Origin: Camelus dromedarius
Lineage: Eukaryota
Assembly (NCBI RefSeq): GCF_036321535.1
Contig: NC_087453.1
Span: 11,780,001-11,844,000 of the forward strand
DNA length: 64,000 nt
Reading direction: 5' to 3'
This document shows, piece after piece, positions 11,626 through 22,993 of the stretch. The first letter of the stretch is position 1. Every line of letters starts with the position of its first letter. The notes under the pieces are model-generated. The model was not told the DNA's origin and made no database searches. It was given only the letters and a program-made list of their open reading frames with translations. The position numbers were made by a program, and so were the translations under genes.

Positions 11626-14600
11626 TTAGTCCAGCACCTCCTTGATGAGTAATTCTTTGAGACTGGGGGGTGGTGTGGGGGTCAGACCTGCCTCCTGCAG
11701 GGCCTGGAGCTGGGCCTCTGTTTGGCGTTTGTCCAGGCCCAGGCGCCAGGAGAGCCGCACATGGGCCTCCAGAAAGGGTGCCAGCAGGGGGTGAGGACTC
11801 TTGTCCCCCAGCAGCTGGAGGGCCCTCTCACAGCATGCCCGGGCTTCCCCAGGGTCCTCCAGCTCTTGGTGGCACACGGCCAGCCCGGCCAGGGTCAGCA
11901 GGGGCCAGTCTGGGCCTGAGGGGATGCCCAGCTGGGCCTGCAGCTGCCAGGCATTGGCCCAGAGCGCCAGCGCCTCCCGATAGAGGCCGGTGCAGGTGAG
12001 GCTCTGTGCCCGCCGCAGCTCGGGCAGCACGAAGAAGTCCTGCAGCTCCGGGGCCTGGCGCAGCTCGGGTACGGCCTGGAGGTGGCCCAGAAACTGCTCG
12101 AAGGCCCGGCTGCGGCGGGCAATGGTCTCTGCGGTAAAGTTCCGGCGCAGGCGCTTCCGGGGGAAGGAGATGGCCGCCATGGGGCCCCGGAACTGCCGCT
12201 GCAGGTTTCGGTGCAGCCGCTCAAAGTCCGAGTAACGGCGGGAGATCTGGGCCGGCTGGCGATCCGGCGGCCCCGGGCCCATCACGGCGAGGGTGTAGAG
12301 CTGCAGGGAGGGTGGGGGTCAGGGCGGGTGCAAGTTGTCCACGGACCCCTGCCCTCCCCACCCCCACACTTCCAACTCTCGTCCCCCACCTCTTCCCACC
12401 GGGGCTAGGCCCAGGAGGGTGGGAGCTGCTGGGGTGGCAGCTCAGGAGGCCAGTCCCATCTTACCTGAGGTTCGTCTGAAATGACCCAGGCCCAAGGCAG
12501 CACAGGGAGAAAAAGACAGAGATGAGCTTCAGTGCCTGGACCACCGCCCCTTTTGCCCCTGCCAGGGAGCACTCCCTTCCCATGGGACAGTTAGCTCTAA
12601 TGATAGCCCTTCTGGAAAACCAGCGGTGTGCTGAGACCCAGGCCCATTGCTTGGTCCTCTAAAGCCAACTTTATACCAGCTTGGAGCTTTGTTCTACTCT
12701 GGACACACAGCCCCACATCCCTAGCCAGGTTACCCCAATCCAGACCTGGAGGGCCCATGACAGCCCCCATCATGACCATCGTGAAAAGTACACCGTTCTC
12801 AGGGCCAGTTTCTAACCTCAGGTCAGCTACTCCCTCACTAGGTGAGGTCAGGCAAGGCAGTCCCCTTCTTGGGTCTGCTTCCAGCTCTACTGAATGCAAC
12901 GCTGGCCCAGCTCAGCCTTTACTCAAATGTGGAATGTGCACTGATGTTGACTTGTAGCTGGCAGGTACTGGAGTAAGTAACAGTGAATCAGAGGCAGGAG
13001 GTGGTTCCCCCTCTTATTCTCTGTGAATCTTTCTGACTAGAAATTGAGAGGCTCTCCAGTTTGGTTTAAAAAAAAAGCTCTTCTCCAACACTTCTCATCT
13101 CCATTTTTAGAAAAGAGCCATAAAGTGAATCTCAGGTCAGGGCCTTCTTCAGGCAGCACCATTGGGGCATAGCTTCACGACACTTTCCCTTTCACTGCTT
13201 TTACTATAATGGTTCTCTTCTCTTTATGGCAAGGGAGGCTTTCCCCATACAGTTGTGCTATAAAGTTGTCTTTTAAGATAATTTAAAAAAATAGGTTGAT
13301 TTGAAGACAAATGTGAAGCAAAGAATGGTCCAAGTAGCATTTAGATAGGACGAGAATTGGGAAAGCGATACTGGACAAGATGACCACGAAGCCTCCCCCT
13401 AGGTGTGAGAACCCAAATATGGATTAATCTATAAAGCATTACTGACACCAAACCCAGATTTTTCTCTTGAATTTGTTCTGTGAAACTGCCAATATCCTGG
13501 CCACCCGTGGTCAACTAGGTTTGCCCGCTGAATCCTTCTCTTGAAGATTCACCGTGTACATTAATATTCAGGGTTAGAAAGTTTAACAATAAAGAAACTT
13601 ACTTTACTCTCATTCGACTCTGCATTCCCCAAACATACTACATATTTACTGCAAAACCTTGTGTTTTTTGTTCATTTGTTTTTTTAAGGAACAGTTATTA
13701 AATATTCCAGGGAACCAGACGCACTGGTCTGTAGTGACCCCTTGTGCTCATCTAGCTTTTATTTTTAGACAAAAACCCATTTTATATCCATTAACTCATC
13801 TCGTCCTTCTAATGTCCCACTGAGATAGGTAGTAACAAGAGGGAGTTGCTCCACTAACTTAATTAATTAAGGTAGATGTGAGAGTCACACCTACCTTGTG
13901 CCACGTGCTGTGCCAGGCACTTCACATCTACTACTTCATCCTCACAACAGCACTGCAAGGGAGGTGTCCTCATCTGTTTGACAGCTGAGGAAGTAGGCTC
14001 CAAGAGGAGGCAAAGGGCTCAAAGACTTCCCCTAAGTCACAAAGCCCAGCTGGGATTCAAACCCAGGCCGACCTAATTCCAAAGCCTCTGCTCTTAACCC
14101 TCAAGGGATTTTAAATCAGGATTTAGGGTCCTCATTGAACAAAGGTGATTCATTTCCCCAGACATGGGCCAGGCCATACTTGGCTGCCTTGTCATTCTCT
14201 TCCCAGAGTTACCCCCCCCCCCACTTCCTTGCCTCTCAGCTTCTCCTATGTACCTGATCCTTGGTGCCCCCTTCCTGTGCATGACCCCCCACCGCTCCCC
14301 TATCAGGACTTTTGCCTCTTAAGACTTGATCATCAGAGTCAACGCCTGCTGGAATTTGAGCACTCACCCCAGGGGCGTGGCCTTTTTTTTTACTAAGAGT
14401 CTCCAAGATGGGTGGAGAGGCCCAGATGTGGGACAGGGCTCCAGGCCCCCCTCCTGCTGAGTCAGAAATGGAGGAGGGTAGTGAAGAGGAGGGAAGTGAG
14501 AGGCAGGGAGCCGCCATTGCCACGGCCAGCCAGTTAGGCTGGGTTTCAGGGAGGCTAAGCACATTCTCCACGTCAGTGTCTCCTTTCCACAGCGAGGAAA

Positions 14601-16223
14601 ACAGGGCCTCCCCAACACTGCTCTTCACCCCAACCCCACCAACCCCCTAAACCCCATCCTTAGGACAAGCTTATTCTGTACAGCTGTGGGTGCTGGAGAA
14701 CTGACTCCCCTGGGTTGTAAAAGGGCCACAACAGGCCCTAGATGCCAGACATGTTCTACCCAAACTTAAGTAATAATAAAAGAACTGCCATTTTATGGAA
14801 CACTTCATAATGCCAGGCACAATGCTAACAGCTTTCTGTGTACCGTCTCCTGTAGTTCCTGCAACAATCCCCGGCATTATCCCCATTGCTCTGATGAGGA
14901 AACAGGGTCATCAAGGTTTCACAGCTCACCCAAAGTCAAACAACTGGTAATAACTAGGATCTGAATCAAGCTCCAAAACCCATTTTTCTATCCACTAACC
15001 AATGCAACTTGGGTCTCAAATCTGACTTGGATAATATTCTTCCCTGTGTATGTTGCATCTTGCTACAATTTGAAAACACTCAGGGGACAGGGGACACATA
15101 TATCAGTTCTTAGACTCAAAGTCAGGCTAGGAGGCAGGTCCATAATCCCTCAAAAAAGCTAAGTCATTTGCCTGAGGACTTGCTCAAGATACATCCCCTG
15201 TCTGGCCTCAGTTTCCCCATCTAAAATGGGGTAGCCATTTCTCACTACACAGCCAGATCCCCCAGGAAGCTGGAGTTTTCCCTGCTTTCTCTTAGCCAGA
15301 CTTTTTCACTCAGTCCAGGGGTTCCTGGACCCTCACTCACCACGTACTTGGAGGGCGGGTCCTTGACCACGTTGGCGCTGGTCACCTCGAAGAGCAGCCG
15401 CTGGGGTACCAGGGTGTTCCGGGACTTCTTCCAGAAATCTTGCAACTGCCGCGCCAGGGGCTGACTGCCTCGCTGCCCATCAGGTGGGGGACTCCGTTCT
15501 GCATGAGCACAGGATGGGCCTGGAGCCAGGTTCGAAATAAATTACGTGCCATGACCTCAGTCATCCTCCCAACAGGTGATAAAGGCTTTATCCCCATTTG
15601 ATATAAAAGGAAACGGAGAGCCAGAGAGGGGACGGGTGCCAAGCACCTGCCTGACAGACAGTAGGCGTTAAACAAGTATCTCCACCCCTAAAACATAGTT
15701 GCCAATACCATTACTACCGTTTGTTTCCCAGACCCTGTACATTTAATGCCCTAAACAACCCTGATATGGGAGTGATTTTCCCTATTTGACAAAAGCGAAC
15801 TTGGCCCAGAGAGGTGTTGTGACTCTCTCAAGGTCACACAGCCAAGAAGTAGCTGGGGCACTTAAAAAAGTGCGAGTTTCAGCTGGATCAACTCGGGAAC
15901 GCGGCCGGGGCGGAGGCCTAATCGAGCACCAGGGTTCCCGCCTCCATCCTCCCGCACTCGCCTGCGTCTTCTCCCGCAGCCTGGTCCCGGGGGTGCAACG
16001 GGTCAGGGCCAGCCTCGTCGTCGTCCTCGTCGTCCTCGTCGTCCTCGTCCTCGGCGCTGGTGAAGCTCAGGGTGCCGCTGAGGCGGGACGACAGGCCCTC
16101 GGCGTCGTCATCCTCCAGTTCCGAGCTCTCCGGGAACTGCTCGGCTTCGGGGCCGGTCGGCGCCTCCCCGGGGCCGTCGCCGGCCAGAGCGTGTCGCAGC
16201 CGGTGCAGAAGCCGCGAGGCCAT
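11626..16223 (-). CDS. SNX21: Sorting nexin 21 (PX domain plus C-terminal TPR-like PXB region), 3 coding exons, 364 aa
   Basis: Exons 16223-15962 (acceptor at 16230/16229, ATG 16223), 15498-15341 and 12300-11626; 1095 nt. MASRLLHRLRHALAG...DFWKKSRNTLVPQRLLFEV...SRRYSDFERLH...KELLIKEVLD*. The first coding intron has a GC donor. Confidence 0.96.
12465..12475 (-). other. SNX21: Alternative 11-nt microexon of SNX21
   Basis: On -: polypyrimidine ctctgtctttttctccctg ... ggtcatttcag|ACGAACCTCAG|gtaagat; strong sites on both sides. Confidence 0.75.
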
Positions 16224-16660
16224 GGCACCCTAGGGGGAGCGTGCGACGCTAGGTCCCGGGCCAGGGCGGGAGGCTGACCCCGGCCCCGCGCGGGGAGGAG
16301 GCGGGGCGTGGCCCAGATAGGGAGGGAGGGGCAACTCGGAGGCCCCGCCCCTGCCCGCCGGGGGTCCTGCTGCTCTGCTCAGCTCTCTTTCGCCCCCTGG
16401 CGCGCCTCCCCTCCCGCGTCCGGCGCAGCACGCCGGGGCCCCGGCGGGCCCCCGTGCAGCCCCGGGCGGCTGAGCGAGCCTGACCGGACTCCGCCGGGCC
16501 CAAGCCTCTCTGAGCGCCGCTCCGGCCCCTTCCTGCCACCGCCCCCTTCCTGCCGCCGCCCCGCCTCCAGCCCCGCCCGCTCCCGGAGCCGCCCGGGAAT
16601 CCCGGGCCCTTTGCTCCAGGAGGGATTTGGGAATCCTGGGTAGGCCCGGGTGACCCTAGG
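15890..16660. promoter_or_regulatory. SNX21: SNX21 CpG island / promoter
   Basis: Very GC- and CpG-rich stretch with several GC boxes (gggcgg/ccgccc) spanning the first coding exon and upstream. Confidence 0.85.
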
Positions 16661-17527
16661 CCTCCTGCGGGATCTTGCCCAATCTGGAGGAGCTCACACC
16701 CTTCTTAACTCCTCCCGCCCCTCTGGGAGACCCAGCCTGGCCCTAACCAGTCTCCAAATTTCCACCCCTCACTCTTCAACTTTTCAAAGTCCTTATGCAA
16801 CCAACAACAGTAGGAAGCCCGTCTCTCTGTTGAGGAAACCAAGGCCAAGAGAAGCCACGTGATCTGAGATGGAATCTAACCTCTGACCTTGCTGATCCTA
16901 GTTTTTCTCATATGTAAAACAAGAATAATTAATACTAATACTATTTTTGCAGCTCTTCTGTCCAGTGCCCGGCACAGAGCAAGGGCTGACAGAACGATCA
17001 GTTACACAATGATTATTGTTTCTACAGTGTTCACAGGCTTTTACAAATCTCATCTGAGCCTCACATATAGGAAGGAGGCAAATGGGGAAACTGAGACCCA
17101 GAGAGGTTGGGTGACTTGCCCAAAGTCACACAGCTTGCCAGAGGATTCAGAGTGTTGGGCCTTGCAACCCAGGTCTCCGGAATTGCACCATGTTCTCTTC
17201 TCACGCTGCAGCCCTGGTAATTTCTGCCACTTCTCAGTGCGCTGTTTTTATCTTTTATCCAGAGAGCAGCAGAAGGTCAAGAATTAATTGTCACTTCCTG
17301 TCAGAAGGCCTAGATATTAGTCCCTACTAGGGCAGATGTTGCTAGTTGTACAACCAAAGAAGCGAAGTATCTCTGTTGGTAGCTCCTACCCTGTTTAAAC
17401 GGCACAGGAGAGAGGGGTGAGAGAATAGCTTTGAATGGAACACACACTCCCTGCCCTCCCTCTGTGCAGAAGGAGCTGAACTCTCATTACTTGAGGTTCC
17501 ACTGTGTCCTCTATCCTGTTCTAGACA

Positions 17528-17651
17528 TTTAATTTATTTTTTGTAGTTAATTAATTTATTTTAAAAAATTTTAAATGGAGGTACTGGGAATTGAACCCAG
17601 GACCTCGTGAATGCTCAGCACGCGTTTTACCACTGAACTGTTACTCTTCCC
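17528..17651 (-). mobile_element. tRNA-derived SINE (camelid vic-1-like)
   Basis: Reverse complement gggaagagtaacagttcagtggtaaaacgcgtgctgagcattcacgaggtcctgggttcaattcccagtacctcc plus AT-rich tail; Pol III A and B boxes. Confidence 0.85.
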
Positions 17652-19010
17652 TTAGGTCCTTTATATGGGGTCACGTCTTACCCTCAGAACATCCTGGGGA
17701 GGAGGCTGTCTGTGGACAATAATCATCCATTTTCAAGATGAAGAAATTGAGGCAAATTGACTTTCCCAAGACCCACAGCTAGGAAATAGGGGAGCTTGGA
17801 TTTGAGGCTTAGGCTGTGCCATTTCAAAGCCTTAACAACGCTTCATTCACCTTCCCAGCAGGGCGTTGGGGCAAAAAAAAACAAAGACATGCTTCATTTG
17901 TTCATTCACTCAGCATGCACCCATTCACCAGACCTTGGCTAAATATCAACTTGTACTTTGGCAAATGCCTCACAAGTCTGGGTACCAAGAAAGTGTTTAC
18001 AAAACCCTGAGTCGTCAGAGCCACGAGGGTCTGGAGGAGGGTCCAGAAATCTGGTCCAGCACCTCCACTTTACAGATGGTCTGAGGCTCAGTGGAGGGAA
18101 GGGGCTGACCCTGGGTCATACACACAGGGCCAGAACTAGGAGATCTCTTGATATCTTGTATTCTCCACTCCTCTTAGACTCTGTACGGATATCTACCCCC
18201 AGCCTCCCTGAGAGATGGTCATCAAATTTCTGTTTGCATATATTCAGTTACAGGAAGCTCATTACCTCCTGAAGCGGCCCATTCTGAAGATTATTCATCC
18301 ACCACTCTGAGGAATTTCCTTCTATTGAACCGGATGCCATTCAGTTCTGTTACTCTTACCAAGAACATCAGGTTTATTGAACACTTGCTAAGTGCCAAGT
18401 GCTGGGTGTGTGGAAATGTACTGATGGGCAGGTAACAGTCTCTGGCCTGTGGAACTTAGCACAGGGCATGACCCAGTGGCATGCCCAGTGCTATGACTGG
18501 GGTGACTACAGGAGGCCACCTTGGACTGGGACTAGGGGAGGAGGGATCCTGGAGGAAGGGATGTTAAAGGTGAGAAAGACCATAGGGAAGTAGGCAGGTG
18601 AAGAGGGGGAAGATGGGGGTTCCTGGCAGGGGAAAAAAAAAAAAAACCCAGCATGTGCAAGGGCCTGAGGGGTGTAAAGGCAGATGCTTAGAGCTGTATT
18701 TTAGTCTGAATAGAGCAAAGCGGCACACGAGGTAGAGAAGGAAGGGAGGTGAGAATGGAAGGGTCAGTGGGACCTGGCGTGGCCATGCTGAGTTTGGACC
18801 TTATCTAGTTCCCTGAATAAATGACAGAACAGATTAATGAACAAAGGACTGCTGAGCGTTCTACACTTTCTGCTCCAAAGAGAGCAAGCGGTTCCAATGT
18901 TTGTGTCCAAATTGGAATCCCCTGGGTGGCACTGCCCTTTGGCCCTCTGCCTGGCTGGGGGAGGCCTTATTTAGCCTGGCCTGGCTCCACTGAGCTTTCC
19001 TTGGGAATAT

Positions 19011-19055
19011 TTATATATAGGGGAAGAGGGCAGCCCAGCTGCCACTGTCCATCTG
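19011..19055. promoter_or_regulatory. Candidate muscle upstream enhancer of TNNC2
   Basis: MEF2 consensus TTATATATAG 19011-19020; E-boxes CAGCTG 19036-19041 and CATCTG 19050-19055. Confidence 0.55.
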
Positions 19056-20149
19056 CTTCCCTTGGTGTCCAGCCCCCTTTCACTGGCCCCGGACCCTGTA
19101 TTCAGCCATCTCAGTGCTCCTGTTGACTTCAGATACTGTCCATGAATGTCCCCATCCCCCAGAACCTAGCGTGGACCCTGTGAACTCGCAAGGCGGGATC
19201 CCTTTGGACTTGACTCGATCTGCCCACCCCTTCACTCTCCAGATGGCCAGCTGAGCTCCTCCAGACTTCTCCAGCCAGCTCTAGCAATGGGCCACCTGCC
19301 CCTTCACCTAGAGAACCTTCCCCTGCCCCTCTTCCCCACCAAAAAAGTGACTCCCGATAGCTCTTTCCGTACAGAAGTCAGCTTGAGGGAAGAATCTGCT
19401 TTCAATGTTTATTTCTACTCCAAGGGCACACCTCATTTCCTGGACCTCTCAGTTAGGGTTAATAAGAATCACCAGCATGACGATAGATCTTTATGTTTTA
19501 CAAGGCTCCCCAGTAAAAAGGGAATAGTTATAATAATTGCTACCTCACAGGATGAGGACTGGAGGAGAGCATGTCGTTAAAATGCTTAGCACAGTCTGTG
19601 GCACGTTGCCGAGATTCGATACCTGTGACTGTCACTTTCCCTGCCTCCTGTCCCCGGCTCCTTACCATGGTTGAAAGACAGGACATCCCACTTACCAAGC
19701 ACCAGCCCTATGGAGCTGGCACAAGCTAGGTGACTTATACCTGGGCTCTTCTTTACCACAGTTTCTCTGTGAAGGAGGTTGTGACTGGCCCCATTTCACA
19801 GATAAGGACACTGAAGCTCAGAGTGGCATCACCACCTGCCCAAGATTGCACAGCTTATAGAGACAGGACTTGGATCTTGGGTTTTCGAGGCCTGTGCTCT
19901 TCCATTCCCCCATGCTGTCTCACTTTTCTCTATTCTGATTGTCATTACCCATCTTGGATCAAGTGTGCTTCTTGGTGGTGGTGGGGGGGGTGTCATGAAG
20001 GCATCAGAGCAGGGCGGGTTCTCCCCGCAAGAATCTAAGATGTCAAGTCCTGCCACCTGCTCGGAGGCTTAAATTTCTCTGCAAGGGCCCTTGGCTAAAT
20101 TAGGTAATGGGCTAGGACTCTGGGAGGGGGAGGCTCGCTGACCCCAGGA

Positions 20150-20245
20150 TCTGATTGGCCAGAGCATCGAGTCCTGGGGAGCAGGGAGGTGGGAGGAGAG
20201 GGTGCCCCTACAAATCCTAGGGGCTAGAGCGGGCCAGGGTATCTT
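20150..20245 (+). promoter_or_regulatory. TNNC2: TNNC2 core promoter
   Basis: ATTGG 20154-20158, GGGAGG tracts, and TATA-like TACAAAT 20209-20215 about 30 nt before the likely start atctttgggtgg (20241). Confidence 0.65.
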
Positions 20246-20304
20246 TGGGTGGTGGAGTGCAGAAGAGGTGACCTGCAGCGGAGGAGTCCGGGTGACAAGC
20301 AACC

Positions 20305-22863
20305 ATGGTAAGGACAAGAAGGGACTTCATCCCTCCATTCCCTCGAGCACCTCTGGGCCTCTTTCAGGCCAGACCTGGGTGCTCCATGGGCCAATAACCT
20401 GGATGTCTGAAGATGTAATATGAAGGTTCCTGGAACCCAGGTGCCTGGGAGGAAGGCTGGGAAGAAGGCCTCGGACTTGTCTTGGAAGGGGAGGGCTGGG
20501 ACTCCCAGAGACATCCTCAAGCCTTGCCGACTCCCTGGGACTTTCTAAGGCTTCTAGCAATGTCTTAGTTTGTGTCCATGGTGGAGATGGGGACCCTGAG
20601 GGCCAGAGGGAGTCACCCAGCAAGCCAGTGAGAGGAGAACTCCTCTGGAAGATGGGAGATCTGCAGGGCCTCGAACCAGCTCAGGCGCAGGACCCCAAGA
20701 GCTCCAAGGGGATTGAGAAGGGGCAGAAGATGACAGACTCGAGTTAGAGAGACTTCAGCCTCCCGGAGAGGGGTTGTGATTTGAGGCTGTCCTTTTCTTG
20801 AGATTGCCCTCCCCACTTCACTTCAAGGAGTAACTAGACCCTGGAGGACAGCTGCTGTTGCCCATTCCTAACTAAAAATAGCCTGCCCTTCTGGCATAAG
20901 CAAGGAGGAGGGGAGGCGGGGAGGGGAGGAGGAGGGAAACAGGCCGGAGGGCCAGCAGCCAGTCAGCTGAAGAACTCCTCGGATGCCTCAGCCCTTCCTC
21001 ACTGCCGCCAGCCTCAGTCCAAAGCCCCCTGGCTAGCTGGCTTGGCTAGGATGTGACCAGAACTCCCTATTGCCATCTTATTGTCGCTCTCACAAGGCCC
21101 CCATCACATCCTGCCCAGCATGAGTGGTACTGACTCCCATGACTGAATCATAAGAAGGAAGCTTAAAATCTCCATCTCTGCAAGTTCTCAGATGGGGGGA
21201 TGATGTGTCTGACTCTTCTTGGGGCTCCCAGTGCCTGACCCTCAGGAGGGGCTCCATGACTTTGTGTTGCATTATTATTTATTTGACAACAAACATTTAT
21301 CGAGCACCTATTAAAGTCCCAGGCACTGTGAGGAGGTGGGGCAAACTAGAAAATCACACTGGGATGGTGCTGGCTCTTTCCAAAGCCTTCTCACACTTCT
21401 GATTTCATCTCATCCCTGAAAAGCTGCTGAGAAGAGATGAGTGGGTGAGGGTACATTGAGTAACTTGCCCAAGGTTCCTGGACAGGGTTCCTGACTTGAC
21501 CTCTTATTGACAAGAGAGGGAGTCTTGGCATAACCCCTAGTTCTTTAAAACTGGGGTTGGCTGCCGTGGGAGAATGCAGAGGGTGTGCAGGTTTGGAGCT
21601 GTTCCTCTGGAGGACCAAGGGGTACTTACAGAAGTGGGGGTGCAGAATAGTGTGGGTTTAAGGCAGGAATGTGCTCCAGGGGCTACACCTTTGGCTCTCT
21701 GACTGTGCATGTTTTCTGCAGACGGACCAGCAGGCTGAGGCCCGGTCCTACCTCAGCGAGGAGATGATCGCTGGTGAGTAGGGTGGGCAGGCTTGCTGCT
21801 GGGTGGACGTGTGCTGGGGAATGTTTGGTTTCTGGGCAGGGTGGGAGGGTAGATGTGAGGCTGACAGTCTAGCCAGGCTCACCCTAGCCCTCTGCCTTCC
21901 TTCCCCGGGCAGNNNNNNNNNNNNNNNNNNNNNNNNNNNNNNNNNNNNNNNNNNNNNNNNNNNNNNNNNNNNNNNNNNNNNNNNNNNNNNNNNNNNNNNN
22001 NNNNNNNNNNNNNNNNNNNNNNNNNNNNNNNNNNNNNNNNNNNNNNNNNNNNNNNNNNNNGCGGGTGGCCCTCGGAGACAAGGATGCGATGGTGGTGGGG
22101 AGAGGCTGGCAGCCAGGGTCCAGGCTCACTCACCACCTGCTTCCCTCAGGCAGCGGCACCATCGACTTCGAGGAGTTCTTGGTCATGATGGTGCGCCAGA
22201 TGAAAGAGGACGCCAAGGGGAAGAGTGAGGAGGAGCTGGCTGAGTGTTTCCGCATCTTCGACAGGTGCTTTGGGGGCCTGGGAGCCGAGCAAGGCGCTGA
22301 GCAGCCCGAATCTGGCCCGCAGGGCACGAAGGTTCTCAGGGTGGGGGTGCAGGAAGGGGCGTCCGGCTTGGCCCGGGCAGCTCCCCTGTTCTGAGCCCCG
22401 CCCTGTGTCTCCCCCCACAGGAACGCAGACGGCTACATCGATGCTGAGGAACTGGCTGAGATTTTCCGGGCCTCTGGCGAGCACGTGACGGACGAGGAGC
22501 TCGAATCCCTGATGAAAGACGGCGACAAGAACAATGATGGCCGCATTGACTTCGATGGTGAGGGCCGCGGGAGCGCAGGGAGTGGGGGACCGAGCCACGC
22601 CGAAGGGTCCAGGGTGTGCAGCTGGGCTTCCTCAGCCTTGTGGGCGGGGCGATGAGGGGCGGGGCCAAGTTCCTCCCCACCCACCGGTGACGGATAGGGA
22701 GCTCCCCGCGGTTTGGTGCAATTTAATTTATCAGCTAATGACCAGGCACCCCCTTCGCTGGCCGGGAGCCCGGGCAGGTCTCTCTCGTCCCGAGGGCACC
22801 CGTGACCACCTCTCCCCCTCCTTCCCCGCAGAGTTCCTGAAGATGATGGAGGGCGTGCAGTAA
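20305..22863 (+). CDS. TNNC2: Troponin C, fast skeletal muscle, 6 exons, 160 aa (exon 3 masked by Ns)
   Basis: Exons 20305-20307 (ATG only, donor gtaagg), 21722-21773 ([17 protein letters not shown]), predicted 21913-22056 (N-run), 22150-22264 ([38 protein letters not shown]), 22421-22557, 22832-22863 ([10 protein letters not shown]). Confidence 0.97.
20849..20969. promoter_or_regulatory. TNNC2 intron 1 muscle enhancer
   Basis: Perfect MEF2 site CTAAAAATAG 20872-20881 with CAGCTG E-boxes at 20849-20854 and 20964-20969 and a G-rich Sp/CACC-type tract between. Confidence 0.7.
21913..22060. other. 148-nt N-run covering TNNC2 exon 3 plus 4 nt of its donor
   Basis: Begins right after the acceptor ttccccgggcag; 148 = 144-nt expected exon + 4. 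Confidence 0.9.
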
Positions 22864-22987
22864 GAAGTCGGCCCTCGCCTCCGCCGGCACCGCGCGCCCC
22901 TCGGACGCGAGCGGTGCCACCCCCGCCGGGTCCCATTCTCCGCCCCGGGAGGGAGGCGCGGCCCCTTCTGGGTCTGTGTCTAGAAGG

Positions 22988-22993
22988 AATAAA
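22988..22993 (+). terminator. TNNC2: TNNC2 polyadenylation signal
   Basis: AATAAA 124 nt after the stop codon. Confidence 0.9.

Noticed and set aside
16014-16052. GAC/GAG triplet run in SNX21
   Set aside because: Encodes the normal acidic tract (EDEDDEDDEDDDE); not an unusual expansion.
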